Positions 50,238 to 63,476 of a DNA stretch of 64,000 nucleotides are shown here, piece after piece (within the stretch, counting starts at the first letter, position 1; the number at the start of each line of letters is the position of its first letter). The stretch comes from Octopus vulgaris (taxonomy: Eukaryota), in NCBI GenBank assembly GCA_951406725.2, contig OX597814.1:45446001-45510000 (forward strand), written 5' to 3'. Made by a program: the position numbers and the translations under genes. The notes below the pieces were generated by a model. It saw only the letters and a list, made by a program, of their open reading frames with translations, was not told where the DNA came from and ran no database searches.

Positions 50238-50556
50238 TAGTAATCACCAAGCTAACATGGCAGTACAGGAAAATAGGACGAATGCTGCCGTTCATTAGCA
50301 CCAAGAGGCCATCGTCTCTACCTAGCTATGTGACACACAAACCTGTATCCATCACAACTGTCAAACAGGGGAGGTCAGCAGCTTCCCCTTGCTGGTTCAA
50401 ACAAGGGAAAGCTGCTGACCTCCCCTGTTTGAATGTTGTAATGGAACACGGGTTTGTGTGTCACATAGCTAGGTTGAGGCAATGACCTCTTGGTGCTAAT
50501 GAACAGCAGCATTTGTCCTATTTTCCTGGACTGCTATGTTAGCTTGGCGATAACTA
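50238..50556. repeat. Long hairpin with ~150-bp inverted arms and ~15-nt loop
   Basis: For example, cctagctatgtgacacacaaacc pairs with ggtttgtgtgtcacatagctagg. Confidence 0.9.
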
Positions 50557-50819
50557 TTCATAAAAAATTATTTGTTATGTGTTATCTATGTCAATGTTAT
50601 TTCTCACTCAATGAAATGTGTGATGCTGAATAATTTATTTCCTTAACAACGATCAATTTTCTTATCTTTTCACAGAAGTAGTATCACACTTCATAATAAT
50701 CTTCTTAGCAGTTTTTTTAAAGTTATTCTTCTTTTATTTGTTCTAGTAAAATTATGTAGAGCAACTTAATTATGATTTGGAGAAATGGAAGCTTTTGTCA
50801 TTTTATTTATTATGGCTGG

Positions 50820-51710
50820 GTTCCAACCCAGACCACAGCGACAAAGTCTACCTGCCACACTGCTCAGTCCAACATCACAACTTTGAGGTCCTGGATACAT
50901 TCCAGGCCAGTTTCTACAATTAAGTTGTTGATGTTATTGTGACAATGTTTATCTCCTCTTCTTACATCACCATGAAATGGATTCCACAAAACTAATTTGG
51001 ATGTTTCCAGTTCAGGACAGTGCACACAGTGACCAGATAGTTCAAGCCATCTTTGTTTGATCTTCTCACTAACTTTCAGCAGGTTTCCATAAAGGCATTT
51101 ATGTCATATGTAGCTACCATTTCACATTTAGGGTCATAGCATCCTTGTATAGCATCCATAAATTCTGATAATTTCATTTGACAATTTCTTTGTCAGTGTC
51201 CATGTTTCACTACCATATAATAGCACTGATTCAACAGTCGCAATGAACAGCTTGATTTTGATTTGCCCGAGCAATTTAGAGTTTCAGACTTTCTTTAGTT
51301 TGTGACAGGCTGTCCATGCTTGTGCTTCCGAATTGCTCACCCAACCACCTAAGTACTTGAAGTCTTGAGCAACATTCAATTTAGAACCGCTCAAAACAAA
51401 CAGTTCAGTATCATTTGATTGGTTGAAAGACTCCATTTTCTTGACATTTGTGTGCAATCCTATTTTAGCAGCTGATGTCTCTACTTTACTGAGCAGCCAT
51501 TGAACTTGATCTATTTCATTAGATATGAGTGTTATATCATCTGCAAAGTCCAGGTTTGTGATGGTTACTGCTGGTATTCTCCATGATCTTTGCCAATCTA
51601 TGATGAAACCAAGGGATTCATCACTTGTCTATAGCCTGCCACACTGCATAATTCAATACGATTACAAACAGGTGAGGTGCAAGCATATCTCCTTGTAACA
51701 GTCCAGCTTT
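50820..51710 (-). mobile_element. RTE/RTEX-like RT C-terminal fragment
   Basis: GLLQGDMLAPHLFVIVL and NLDFADDITL motifs, degenerate. Confidence 0.75.
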
Positions 51711-52670
51711 TGTCAACATAACAAGAAAAAACCAAATACTTAGAAGTTTAAGAAAAGTTTAAGAAAAGACTACCTTTGTCAATGAATAAAGAACTCTGTC
51801 AAAGTATTAACCAAAATACCAAGGTATATTATGTAAGAACTACTAGGGATATAACTGTTTCAAAGGTGAAAAGATATTTTGAATTATGTATGTTCGTAAT
51901 GAAATCTGAACTATAAATAAGCTGGGTATGATGCTCAGAATGCAATTATGGGAGAAATACTAAACTAGAAAATGTTAAAAGAAAACTAGTGAAAGAATTT
52001 GAGTTTATTTGAAATGAAGATCATAATATATAAATTTAACCAACAATACACACACACACATTAAATGAGACTTTTTTTAACAGTTAATCAAGAAGCATGA
52101 TTTGTGCTACGATCTTCACGGGCCCACTAACAGCAGTGAGATTGCTATGATTTATCTCCAGTTTGAATACCTTCAAGTCGATGTCAGCAGGAAAAATAGG
52201 AGCTCAGGCAAAATTTCAGAGGGCTGATACATTGAGGAGGAAGGATTAAACAAAATGGTTAATGTGGAACTAGGGAGGAGAAACCACAATTGTGGGTGAT
52301 GGCAGGAGAGAAATGGGTATGTTGAGTGGACCTGGCATGTCCACTGTATGCAACAAGCTGGTTTAGAGGAACAGCAGCTACTGTGATAGCAACAGAATAG
52401 ATTATTATTTAATAAGAAGAAGAAGGTGGTGGTAGTGGTGGTGGTGGCGGCAATGGTGATGATGAGGATGATTAAATAATTAATAGTGGCAGAGGTAGTA
52501 TCAATATCAAAAGATAATATTTATCTCCCACTTAAAGTGGATGTTATGTTAGAACATAGAATACTGTGTTATTTACCATGTGATGACTCCTCATGTGGAT
52601 TTGTAGTACATAAAAGCACTTCCATTTATATTGCTAGTGGGCAAGATGCATCTGCAACAGACACCAAAAC

Positions 52671-52703
<33 letters not shown>

Positions 52704-52704
52704 G

Positions 52705-53500
52705 ATGAAAACATTCAGTTTATTTTACTGGGTATGATGGAAAGTGTCAGCTGCCCTCAACCAGCAGACTGAAGTGGCACTTGTTTACTGATCATCCTTC
52801 AAGAACCCTGCTGAAAAATTTTGCAGTTCCAAGCAATGCTGATTTTTGTAGGTGTTCTATCTTTGCATTTGTTCCAATCTGTTTGAGCCACATTGGTAGT
52901 ATTTGAGCACCGATACTTCCAAGTGTGTCAATCATTATTGGTATCACGTCAACTCTCTTTGTACCCACAACCTGCATATTTTCAACTTCAATTCATTATA
53001 GTTGTTCACCTTTTCTTCCTCTTTCTCTTTGATCTTGTTGTCACCAGGATATGCCAGGTCACTTATCAGGCATGCTTTATCTTTTGTGTTCACCACAACA
53101 ATGTCAGGTTCCTGATGTCTAATCTGATGGTTGCACTGAATTTTGCAATCTTCATTCTCAGTAACTACCTCTGGGATTATATCAGATCTTGCCTTTGATC
53201 TTCTTAGGCCATAATTTCCAGAGCTCCCAATGGATCATTTTGCTACATTGTCATGTCGTCTTTTGTATTCACCTTGTGCTAATTTCAGGCATTCACTAAC
53301 AATGTGCCATATTGTTTCACCCCTCTCACCACACATTCTGTATTTGCCACTCTCAGTTGTGTTATCAACTCTCAACTTCACAGTTTGTTCTCAATGCTTG
53401 TTCTTATGTTACACATATAAGTGCTTCTGTTTCTATCTTCAGGTCACTCTTCCATATTCATAACCACTAGCCTTCTGTATTTGTCATGGAGCTTGTATCT
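52705..53500 (-). mobile_element. R4/Dong-clade non-LTR retrotransposon 3' fragment (CCHC finger plus restriction-like endonuclease)
   Basis: RMCGERGETIWHIVSEC..LAQGEYKRRHDNVA, PDIVV and LQKSALLGTAK; flanked on both sides by (ATT)n. Confidence 0.85.
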
Positions 53501-54029
53501 CTTGCAATATCATTATTATTAATTTTATTATTATTAAGGCGTCGAGCTGGCAGAATCGTTAGCACTCTGGATGAAGTACTTAGTGGTATTTCGCCCGTTG
53601 CTACATTCTGAGTTCAAATTCCACCAAGGTCGACTTTGCCTTTCATCCTTTCGGGGTCAATAAATTAAGTACCAGAGAAACAATGGGTTGATGTAATCAA
53701 CTAGTCCCACCAAAAAATTTGAGGCCTTGTGCCTCAGTAGGAAGGATCATCATCATCATCATTATTATTTCAATGTTACTCCATCACTTCTGAAAAAGTC
53801 ATTTATAAAAGACTCAAAGGAAGACATGTTTATCATCAACTTAACACAAACAGGGACTAGAATGAAATTCTGATCTGGTTGATCCTGAGAGCCAGTAATA
53901 AATCTCATATCTTCGTTTTGTTTCAGATGGCTATATCCAAATATTTTGCTCTTTCTCCCTCAGCAGAGACCTTGAAAATATCTATAATAGGGTCATATTA
54001 ATCTTATCGCCTTTCAATAGGAAGGAAAC

Positions 54030-54590
54030 ACTTGAAACGAACTTCGTGTGAGTGTGTGAATATCTTCTCTTGTACTTTCGGGGTACAAGAAAGCAATCAC
54101 TATCCGTTGCTTTAATAATCCAGAATTCTACCAGTCAGAAACAACAAGACGCAGACGTAAAAGATATATATACTACTTTATTCTCTAATGTGGTAACAGT
54201 AACAATAAGTGGTTATCTGGTATCCCTTTGGTATAAATGTGTCAGTGCTGAACCTTATCGCTGTAAAATAAGAAAGTGTTCAAATGCAAAACGACACTGG
54301 TCAAAGATGGCGTCCGGAACAGGGAGATGTGGTCTGCAACAATTTGGTTAAAGGCCTTTTGGTAAGGTGCTGCTAGAATCAAGTTCGGACGGAGAGAAAA
54401 TATACGTGACCGTCGCCTTCAGTCGCTGCTTGCTGGACGCTGGTGGTCAACGTCTTACGATCCCCTTGCCTCGGCTAACTGCTACGTAGGCAAAAGGGTT
54501 CTTCTTCCGGTGGTGAAAGCACCAACTCCGCACGCGCGAAATACAAATGGACGGTGCGCGAGCGCGCGCCGTTGTATAGGATCACTACAC
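54030..54590. other. CpG-rich island: possible solo LTR or regulatory element
   Basis: Sharp CpG enrichment; ends in ...CACTACA; minus-strand AATAAA at ~54180; AAGATGGCG (YY1-like) and CTTCCGG (ETS-like) motifs. Confidence 0.35.
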
Positions 54591-55092
54591 ACTCTTGCAT
54601 CCCATCCCATGTAGTTATAAGCTATACACAATTAAAAACCTTCTAAGCTGCCATTGGTGATCCTTCCTCAAAGGCAGCAACACAAAGATTAGCCTTCCTT
54701 TTTCAGATCAGAAAATATTTCAGCTCTGATCAGTTGCAGATTCACTACAAAGTTCAAGACCCACAATATAGTACTGCTTCCACATCTAGAACAATGCTGT
54801 TGTTACTGAATACATGTATATTTAATGTTATCTCCTCACTCTGCCTTTTCTGTTGTTACTACAATGACCTCTGTCCTCGAAGATGTACGGCTTTGTGACA
54901 CCTCTACCCAAACCCGTTTTTCTCTCCTCCTCTCGTATATCTATTCCCACCCCTTGGCTCTGCACTATTTGATATTTCTAATCCTTTCTTCTTAAAATGG
55001 CAGGAATACCGTCCCTGTGTGTTTTTAACTATTGTTGTTCATTAACAAAAACCATATTGACCCCATTAGTTTCCAGGTCTTGCCAGTGGCAT

Positions 55093-55624
55093 GGATACAA
55101 CCACGGCGGCAAGACTTCCTTTTGTACCCCACCAAAATACCCCTTTTTAAATTTTTTTTTTTTCTACACAAACCCTCATTTTCGGCTACGGAGAATACGA
55201 ATATGCAAAAAAATTGGCAAAGATCAGCATTTTGAAATTACCCCCCACCCACTAAATTCTTCATTTTTTAAAACGTTTTTTCAGATATATTTTTTTCAAA
55301 ATATACGGGAAAATATGGAGAAAAAATTTACAAATTTTTTTTTGTCAAAATATGTGGAACAATGCAGAGATTATGATTCTTACAAAAATATTTCTACTTA
55401 GGGTTAGGGTTAGTGTTTTAGGGTTGGGGTTTGGGTTTTAGTGTTAGGGTTACAAAAAAAGTGAAAATTGAAGAAATTGATGGAAAATTTCGATTTGGGG
55501 CAATTTTCTGGAATCTCCGTATTCGAAAAGGTGGGTTTTTGACAAAAAAAAATTTTTTAATAATAATTTGCGAGAAAATCGGGGGAGAGGCGGGAGGAAG
55601 TCTTTCCATCACGGCCTTCAGACC
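55093..55624. mobile_element. Older foldback element with a TTAGGG-like core
   Basis: Degenerate TIR (aagacttcc/ggaagtctt), internal inverted segments and TTAGGG repeats at 55398-55451; TSD not clear. Confidence 0.6.
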
Positions 55625-56437
55625 AAGCCATTGAAAAAAAAAAGATTTTATCAAAATAGAGCAGGAATTTGTTTATAAATGAATGGAGAGTAACTGATAG
55701 AACATCTACCGCTTTCCGGACATGTATTTCGAATATTGACTTTTGAAAAAAGTATATAAATTTATCATTAATGTTAAACATCATTAACATATTTAGATTA
55801 CGATTCATTCATTATTATTATACATAAATTTGCTACGAAAAGAAGATAATTGAGTTACATTTTATCAAGTTCGCCTACATTTGTCGTAACTGGCTTCTTT
55901 CTTTTTCGATGTTCTAGAATAGTTAAAAAAGTTCTGAAAAACCAACTTGCGATTAGTCAGGAATTAATATTTATCTATGTAAAGACGGCAAGCTGGCAGA
56001 AACGTTAGCACGCCCATTCCGCCGAGATCGACTTTGCCTTTCATCTTTTCGGGGTCGATAAATTAAGTACCAGTTGCATACTGAAGTCGATCTAATCGAC
56101 TGGTCCCCTTCCCAAAAAAATTTTGGGCTTCGTGGCTAGAGTAGAAAAGAATATTTATCTATATAGCAGAGATAGTAAGAGTGACATCGATAAGAAATTC
56201 ATTCAGTTAGGGGAGGAGCCACTCGAAAGTCCTGTTATCATTAAGTGCTGTTGTGAGGGGTAAGAGGTTTCTGCAATAGACACAAAATACAAATTTGTTT
56301 TTGGTCATAGCTGCTATTAATATTCGCCTAAAAACTATTTCTTTAGCCAAAGCTGCGGTGGTAACAATAGGCGACTGCACGAATAATTAGTTATTCAAAT
56401 AACTAATAACAAAGTTATTACAAATAATTTGTAAACA

Positions 56438-56538
56438 ATGGCGGGAAAATATGAAAGCATCGAAAGTATCCTGAAAAAACATTTGCCACCTGATGAACTG
56501 AATGAAGTGTGGCGTGTTCTCTACGGAAAAGCACTACG
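56438..56538 (+). CDS. UPB1: Beta-ureidopropionase exon 1 MAGKYESIESILKKHLPPDELNEVWRVLYGKAL(R)
   Basis: ACAATGG start context and CG|GTAAG donor. Matches the UPB1 N-terminus (SLE..L.KHLP..DL.EV.RVLYG). Confidence 0.92.
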
Positions 56539-57937
56539 GTAAGAAAGCTACATATTTTTTTCGTCTCGTCAGTTTATTGTTGTCAAGTTTGTCCATATTG
56601 TAGAAGTAGGCTATCTGCTGTCTGGTTCCTCTTCGTCGTTGCAACAATATCACTTCACTTCAGTCATTAAATGTCCTTTAGAAAGTTATGAACGTCACAA
56701 AATCTCGGTTTCTTTCTAAATCTAAGGCATTGCCACTTTTTTTTACTAGGAATTCTATTGATAACTATTATTTAAGTTTCAGGTTAGTCCTGATTGACCA
56801 AACATGATCGAAGGTGCTCCAACTGTAACCATCCATAACTTTCTGTATAGGCCTACATTGTTTAATATACCCTTTTTTTTTTCTCTAAGACAGTCAGCTG
56901 TGTTTTGAGGGAATTTGGTTTCTATATTTACTGTAGCACATAGAATGACAACATAGAAGTTCTCACGTAGGCCCAACCTTTGTGGGTCGTAAGTAGTTCA
57001 ATAAGTTATGGACGAATTTGAACTAATTAACCTGAAAATGCAAAATGAACCGTGATTTGTATATTCATTCTTGGCACATTCTATCAAACTTTTCGCTGTT
57101 GGATTTCGTCTTCAGAGAACAACTTCTGTCTTTACACAATATGTGTTGACAACACAACTATTAATATATGGTGTATATTTCGTTCGTCTTCACGTTCTGA
57201 GTTCAAATTCTGTCGAGATCGACTTTGCCTTTCATCATTTCGAGGTCGATAAAAATAAGTATTAGTTCAGTACTGGGGTCGATGAGTTGACTTACCCCTC
57301 CCTTGAAGTTGCTGGTCTTGTGCCACAGTTTGAAATCAGTATTAATACAAGGCGTCAAAGCTAATTGATATGTACTAATAAACGTCATAAAATCCATTTC
57401 CATTCGAAAAATAGTTTCTGCCTCGTTAACTGCATTTATTATATTCGTTATTAGTAAATTAATAGAAAGAGTTGTTCTGTAAATTTATAGGGAGTGAAAG
57501 TAACGTGTTATCAAGATATTCTGTCAATAACGAAATCTTTATTATAGGCACGATGGCCCGGATATTCTGTCAATAACCTTAGGATAAACACATTATACTA
57601 GTCTCTAACATGTTTTCGTTAGTTTTTATTTTTTTCATATTCTAGTGTGGCAGTCCTTTGGAGAATTGCCTGTCGTGTTTTCCAACAAATGTAATGATAC
57701 ACATGTATAATAGCGTCGGGAAAACAACTTTTACTAAACTGAAAGTTTTTGAGTAAAGCATAAATTATGACGTATTTCTTCCTATAGAATAGTGTCGGGA
57801 ATTATAATGTGTACCCCCCAAAAAAAAAAACATCGTAGATTGCAAATCTAAAAAAAAAGAAACAAAAAATGGGAAGAAAAATTTGTTTGGCGTAACTTCG
57901 GTATAAGTACACACGTGACTTTGTTTACATTTCTGAA

Positions 57938-58113
57938 GGCGCAGGAGTGGCTGTGTGGTAAGTAGCTTGCTTACCAACCAAACCACATGGTTCCGGGTTC
58001 AGTCCCACTGCGTGGCACCTTGGGCAAGTGTCTTCTACTATAGCCTCGGGCCGACCAAAGCCTTGTGAGTGGATTTGGTAGACGGAAACTGAAAGAAGCC
58101 CGTCGCATATATG

Positions 58114-58153
<40 letters not shown>

Positions 58154-58358
58154 CGTGTATGTTCGTGTGTCTGTGTTTGTCCCCCTAGCATTGCTTGACA
58201 ACCGATGCTGGTATGCTTATGTCCCCGTCAAAAGGGACCGATAGAATAAGTACTAGGTTTAAAAAGAATAAGTCCCGGGGTCGAGTTGCTCGATTAAAGG
58301 CGGTGCTTCAGCATGGCCACAGTCAAATGACTGAAACAAGTAAAAGAGTAAAAAGAGA
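57938..58358 (+). mobile_element. tRNA-derived SINE family B with internal (TA)/(TG) tract
   Basis: tggctgtgtggtaag A-box, gggttcagtccc B-box and (gtaaaaga)n tail. Other copies at 23494-23915 and 62348-62742; degenerate copies at about 4050(-), 19880(-), 33830 and 59890(-). Confidence 0.8.
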
Positions 58359-58399
58359 GTATAACAGAAACCTTTTTCTCCCACCCTTAACCCCCCAGT

Positions 58400-59790
58400 C
58401 CAACATCTAGACTTCATGCTACAGTACACAACAGACATTCACCACATCAAGGGTGCAAACAACTCTGCAGCTGATGCCCTGTCACGCATGAAACTTAACA
58501 CTATCCACACCACTGCTACAATTGATTTCCATCAGATTGCAGCCGATCAACAAGATTACAAAGAACTATTACAGCTCTGGAATTCGTCATCTCTGAAATT
58601 TCAGCAATCACTGATACTCTCTGCTACAGGCTATATTTGGTGTGACACCTCCACCGGTCATGAACATCCATACGTGCCACAGAAACATTAGACGTGCCGT
58701 TTTCTCTGCTTTGCATTCCCTAGCACATCCTGGTGTCTGCACCACACCAAAGCTGATATCGACCTGTTTCGTGTGGCCCAACATCAACAAGGACACCCGT
58801 GATTGGGCTAGGACCTGCATTGCATGCCAAAAAGCAAAGGTCCACCGACACTTTAAATCTCCCATTGGTTCCTTTGCAATTCCAGATGCACATTTTCAAC
58901 CTGCGCATATTGACATCATTGGACCCTTGCCTCCTTCCAACAACTGTACTCACCTGCGTTGACAGATTTTCTCACTAGCTGGAAGCTTTTCCCTTATTAG
59001 ACACTTCTGCAGAAACTGTCACCAAAACGCTAGTGTTTCACTGGGTTTCATGTTTCAGCACACCCACAACAATTACCAAACAGAAGACGTCGGTTTGATT
59101 CTCACCCTTTCACCAAGCTGACTCATCTTCTTTGGGTGTAAACATACTCGCACCACAGCTTACCACCCTGCAGCAATGGCATGGTCAAATGCTTCCACCG
59201 CCAACTCAAGGCGGCTATAAAAGCATATCCAGACTGCTCCAACTGGCTGGAATATCTCCCTCTCATCCTCCTTGGTATTTGATCCATGGTTAAGGAGGGA
59301 GTTTGACATATTCCAGTTGAACTGGTCTATGGCACAGCACTTGCCTTACCTGGGCAGATGATTAACTCTGTTTCACCACAAGACTTTCAGGACCCAGCAA
59401 AATATGTGCACCACTTACGGACGTGTATGTTGCATTTGTCCCCTGCAGACCCCAGACAACATAGCGTTGCTTCACTTGTCCCAAAGGACATCAATACTTG
59501 AACACATGTTTTCATTAGAAATGATGGAATACCTTCTCAACTTTGGCCACCATATTCCGGGCCCTACAAAGTAATCCAAAAAGAACCAAAGTATTTCATT
59601 CTCAATATTAGAGGAAACCGAAATACTGTCTCTGTTGTTCACTTAAAAAAAGCATTTGTCAAAGAGGACTTACTTTCAGTTCCTGCTGTTCTTCAAATGA
59701 ACTCAACAACTTCAGCTTCACCCATCACAAATACCTCAGATTCTGCACAACCCTGGCACGCCAAATCGGGAAGAACAGTTCGATTAAGTA
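58400..59790 (+). mobile_element. Second Ty3/Gypsy remnant (RNase H end, integrase HHCC and core) in UPB1 intron 1
   Basis: HIKGANNSAADALSR, LHSLAHPG...WP...C..CQ..KVHRH and HIDIIGPLP; same lineage as the 12-15 kb element; many stops. Confidence 0.9.
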
Positions 59791-60393
59791 CAAACTCTTC
59801 ACCTACCCATCTTCTCAATTGAAATGTCCACATCAGCAAATAAACAAATAAAAACAAATTGTTGGGGTTTTTTTTATGGTCTTGGTCAGCAGAAGACATT
59901 TGCACAAGATGCCGTGCAGTAGGACTGAGCCTGGAACCATGTGGTTGGGAGCAAGATTTTTACCTCACAGCCATGCCTGCACCTGAAATAATTATTTCGC
60001 CTCCATAGTTCATTATTAGAGGATGTAGGGGTTTTTTCATGCCATTAATACAGCATCTATGTCCAAGCTAGAGAAAGGTGCCAGTTTCCTGGCAAAATGT
60101 TAAGCTTTAGTAATGTAAAAAAGCAGGGAAACAAGTGAATTGGTAATGTCAACTTGTTCAAAATAAAGTGACAAGTTTTAGTTGGTCCCTCACTATTCAG
60201 ATAACACAATGTAAAATGTTTTTAATGGCATGCCCTAAGTTGGATTTGGTGGAACAAATAAGCCTGATGAATAGTTTATAGTCCTTTGTATCACAATGCT
60301 TCAAGCAAACTGCAATGTTCTTCATATATATAGTTATAAATATTAATATATATTTGTTTGTGATAGAATCTGTAAAATTTCGTTTTATTTCAG

Positions 60394-60565
60394 AAAATTG
60401 GCAATTCCAGTTGAAGCTGAAGAATTTGCAAAAGAAAAGAATTTTGAAATTAAAGGCTATACATTTGATGCTAAAGTAGAAGATATCCGACCTCAGCGCC
60501 TTGTCCGTATTGGAGCTATCCAAAATCAAATTATAGAGAGTACCTCTGCTTCAATCACTGCACAA
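60394..60565 (+). CDS. UPB1: UPB1 exon 2 KLAIPVEAEEFAKEKNFEIKGYTFDAKVEDIRPQRLVRIGAIQNQIIESTSASITAQ
   Basis: Acceptor ttttatttcag and donor gtgagt; 172 nt with matching phase; R.PR.VR.G..QN motif of UPB1. Confidence 0.93.
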
Positions 60566-62498
60566 GTGAGTATATAAATTCATACATTCGGGTCAATTTA
60601 GGTTCCTCACTACATTGCTATTACTTATCCTTTTCCCCCTAAAATCAAACTAGCACTTAATATTTATAAAAAGTTGGGGTTTTTTTGTTCACTGAAGTAG
60701 TAGACTCATTGAAGTGTCTTAAACCCTACTGTTGATTTATCATGGATGTTTTCTAAAGAATTTCCAAGTGTATATAAAAAGATAGTTTTGTCAACGTTTC
60801 AGTACTTTCTTTGGTCAACTACATTGATTTTATTTGTTCTTGGTTTAAACATATTGTTATCTATTGTATCATATTTTATCACCACTGAGAAAGGAAGCAG
60901 GCAGATATAACTATGTACTTATACACATAAGCAAGAATGTACTCTTGCACATGCATAAATAGATATATACATACATGTGTATATGGTATGTGTCATAGAA
61001 TAAGTTTTCAGAGCAAACAGTAGGAAGTAAAAAACATTAATTAAGTATATTATCAACAAAAGGCCTTATGAAACGATATGGAAACATTTTGGCAATAAAA
61101 AACATATAATTATCATCATCGTTTAACATCTGTTGTCTATGCTGGCATGGGTTGGACGGTTTGACTCTGAGGTGCTGCACCAGACTCCAGTCTGATTTGG
61201 CATGGTTTCTACGGCTGAATACCCTTCCTAATATCAATTGCTCTGAGAGTGTAATGGGTACTTTTACATGCCACCGGCACAGGTGCCAGTTGCATGACAC
61301 CAGTATCTGCCGTTATGAAAGGCTGCGAAATGTAGAGAATGTAAGGAAAAAGAAGAGTCTGCTTAATGTAGACCCAATTGAGGGATCAGCTATCCGAATC
61401 AACAATAATCATTTCCACTTTGATATAATACTTTTGTGCATTTAGTCAATTTATTCACTTATTCAGAAGAAACACATGTCAGAATGCTTTTTAATAAATA
61501 AATTTTAAAGATGATTAAATCATTCCTCAATATTATGTCTTGATAATATGCTCTGTATTCTACTTGAAATCCATTGAAGTGAACTCAGGATTTTCTGACT
61601 GAAGGGAGTGCAATTGTTTATTCTAAATGTTTCCTATCCTTTGATGTGATTAACCAAGTGTGAATTTTATCAGAGTGCTTGTAAGGTATCTGCTTGGATT
61701 AAAAATCCCTATTCCTTTGCATTTTATATATATAGATATATATCTATTTACTACCCACAAGGGGTTAAACTCAGAGGGAACAAACAAGGACAGACAAACA
61801 GATTAAGTTGATTCCATCGATCCCAGTGCGTAACTGGTACTTAATTTATCGACCCCAAAAGAATGAAAGGCAAAGTTGACCTCGGCGGAATTTGAACTCA
61901 GAACGCAGTGGCAGACAAAATACCCCGAAGCAGTTCGCCCGGCGTGCTAACGTTTCTGCCAGCTCGCCGCCTTATATATAGCTATATATCATCATCATCA
62001 TCATTTAATGTCCATTGTCCATGCTGGGCATGGGTTGGACGATTTGACCGGGCTGGCACAGTGGAAGGCTGCACCAGACTCCAGTCTGATTTGGCATGGT
62101 TTTCTACTGTTGAATGCCCTTCCTAATGCCAACCATTCCACAAGTATAATGGGTGCTTTTACATGCCACCAGCATGGGTGCCATTTGCATGACAATGGGG
62201 TGCTTTTACGTGACACCAATATCTGCTACAACTGCAATTTTGTTCGGCTTGATGGGTCTTCTTCTCAAGCACAACTTAATGCCAAAGGTTTCGGTCAATG
62301 CCTCTTTGAAGACCAACACTCAAAAAGAACTCAGTATATATGCAATATGGCTGTGTGGTAAGTAGCTTGCTAACCAACCACATGGTCCCGGGTTCAGTCC
62401 CACTGCATGGCATCTTGGGCAAGTGTATTCTACTATAGCCCCGGGCTGACCAATGCCTTGAGTAGATTTGGTAGACGGAAACTGAAAGAAGCCTGTCG

Positions 62499-62532
<34 letters not shown>

Positions 62533-62789
62533 CGTGTATGTTTGTGTATCTGTGTTTGTCCCCCTAGCATTGCTTGACAACCGATGCTGGTGTGTTTACG
62601 TCCCCGTCACTTAGCGGTTCGGCAAAAGAGACCGATAGAATAAGTACTGGGCTTACAAAGAATAAGTCCCGGGGTCGATTTGCTCGACTAAAAGGCGGTG
62701 CTCCAGCATGGCCACATTCAAATGACTGAAACAAGTAAAAGATTATAATAATATATGTAGAGAGAGTGAGGAGTTTGTCAGTGTTCTAA

Positions 62790-63190
62790 GACACAAGATC
62801 CAATAAAAGGACCAGCCAAGATGACAATAGTATGGTAGATAAAGCAATTAAGAATATGAGGAACAGGGAGGCACCTGGTCCATAAGGAATTGCTACTAAA
62901 ATATTTAAACTGTCAGAATAAGATTTGGGATGATCACCTTCATAGTAGACCAGGTAGTTTAAGATGGTGTCATATCCAATGACAAACATAACAGTGTACT
63001 TAATAGGGAAATTACAGAGGTTTTAAACTATTGGGCCAGCTTATGAAGATGAGAGAAAGAATTATAGCATATTTGATTAGGAAGAGAATTAACATAAATG
63101 CAATTTAGTTTTATACCAAGTAGAAGTATTACTAATGTTTCAAACTACTTCCAGCTGTTTAAAATAACACAATTGCAAAAGAAATTATAT
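62790..63190 (+). mobile_element. Highly degenerate RTE RT fragment
   Basis: AIKNMRNREAPGP-like, NYRG-like and QF.F.P-like remnants. Confidence 0.5.
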
Positions 63191-63388
63191 ATTTCATGTT
63201 CTTGTATAAATTTTCAACCATCTTACAGTTTCAAAATAACTGGAATTTCCATAGGTACTGCTAGTTCCTGTAAATATTAGTTATGTAATTAAAGGCAATT
63301 TGTTGGTTTTAGTAAATGTACAAATAAAATTTCTTTTAACTTGTGTCATTATAGTAAATGATTTTCAAAATTTTATTTTCAAACCTAG

Positions 63389-63476
63389 CGTGATGCTATT
63401 CACAATAGAATATGTAACATTATCAAGGCTGCCTCTTTATGTGGTGTCAATATTCTGTGTCTTCAAGAAGCATGGC
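63389..63476 (+). CDS. UPB1: UPB1 exon 3 RDAIHNRICNIIKAASLCGVNILCLQEAW (gene continues beyond the window)
   Basis: Acceptor cctag and donor gtgagt; 88 nt; GVNI.C.QEAW contains the nitrilase-family catalytic Glu. Confidence 0.93.

Noticed and set aside
57938-58020. tRNA gene
   Set aside because: A/B boxes are present, but they continue into a multi-copy SINE body and no convincing cloverleaf is seen.
60197-60529. 110-aa minus-strand ORF
   Set aside because: Antisense shadow of UPB1 exon 2.
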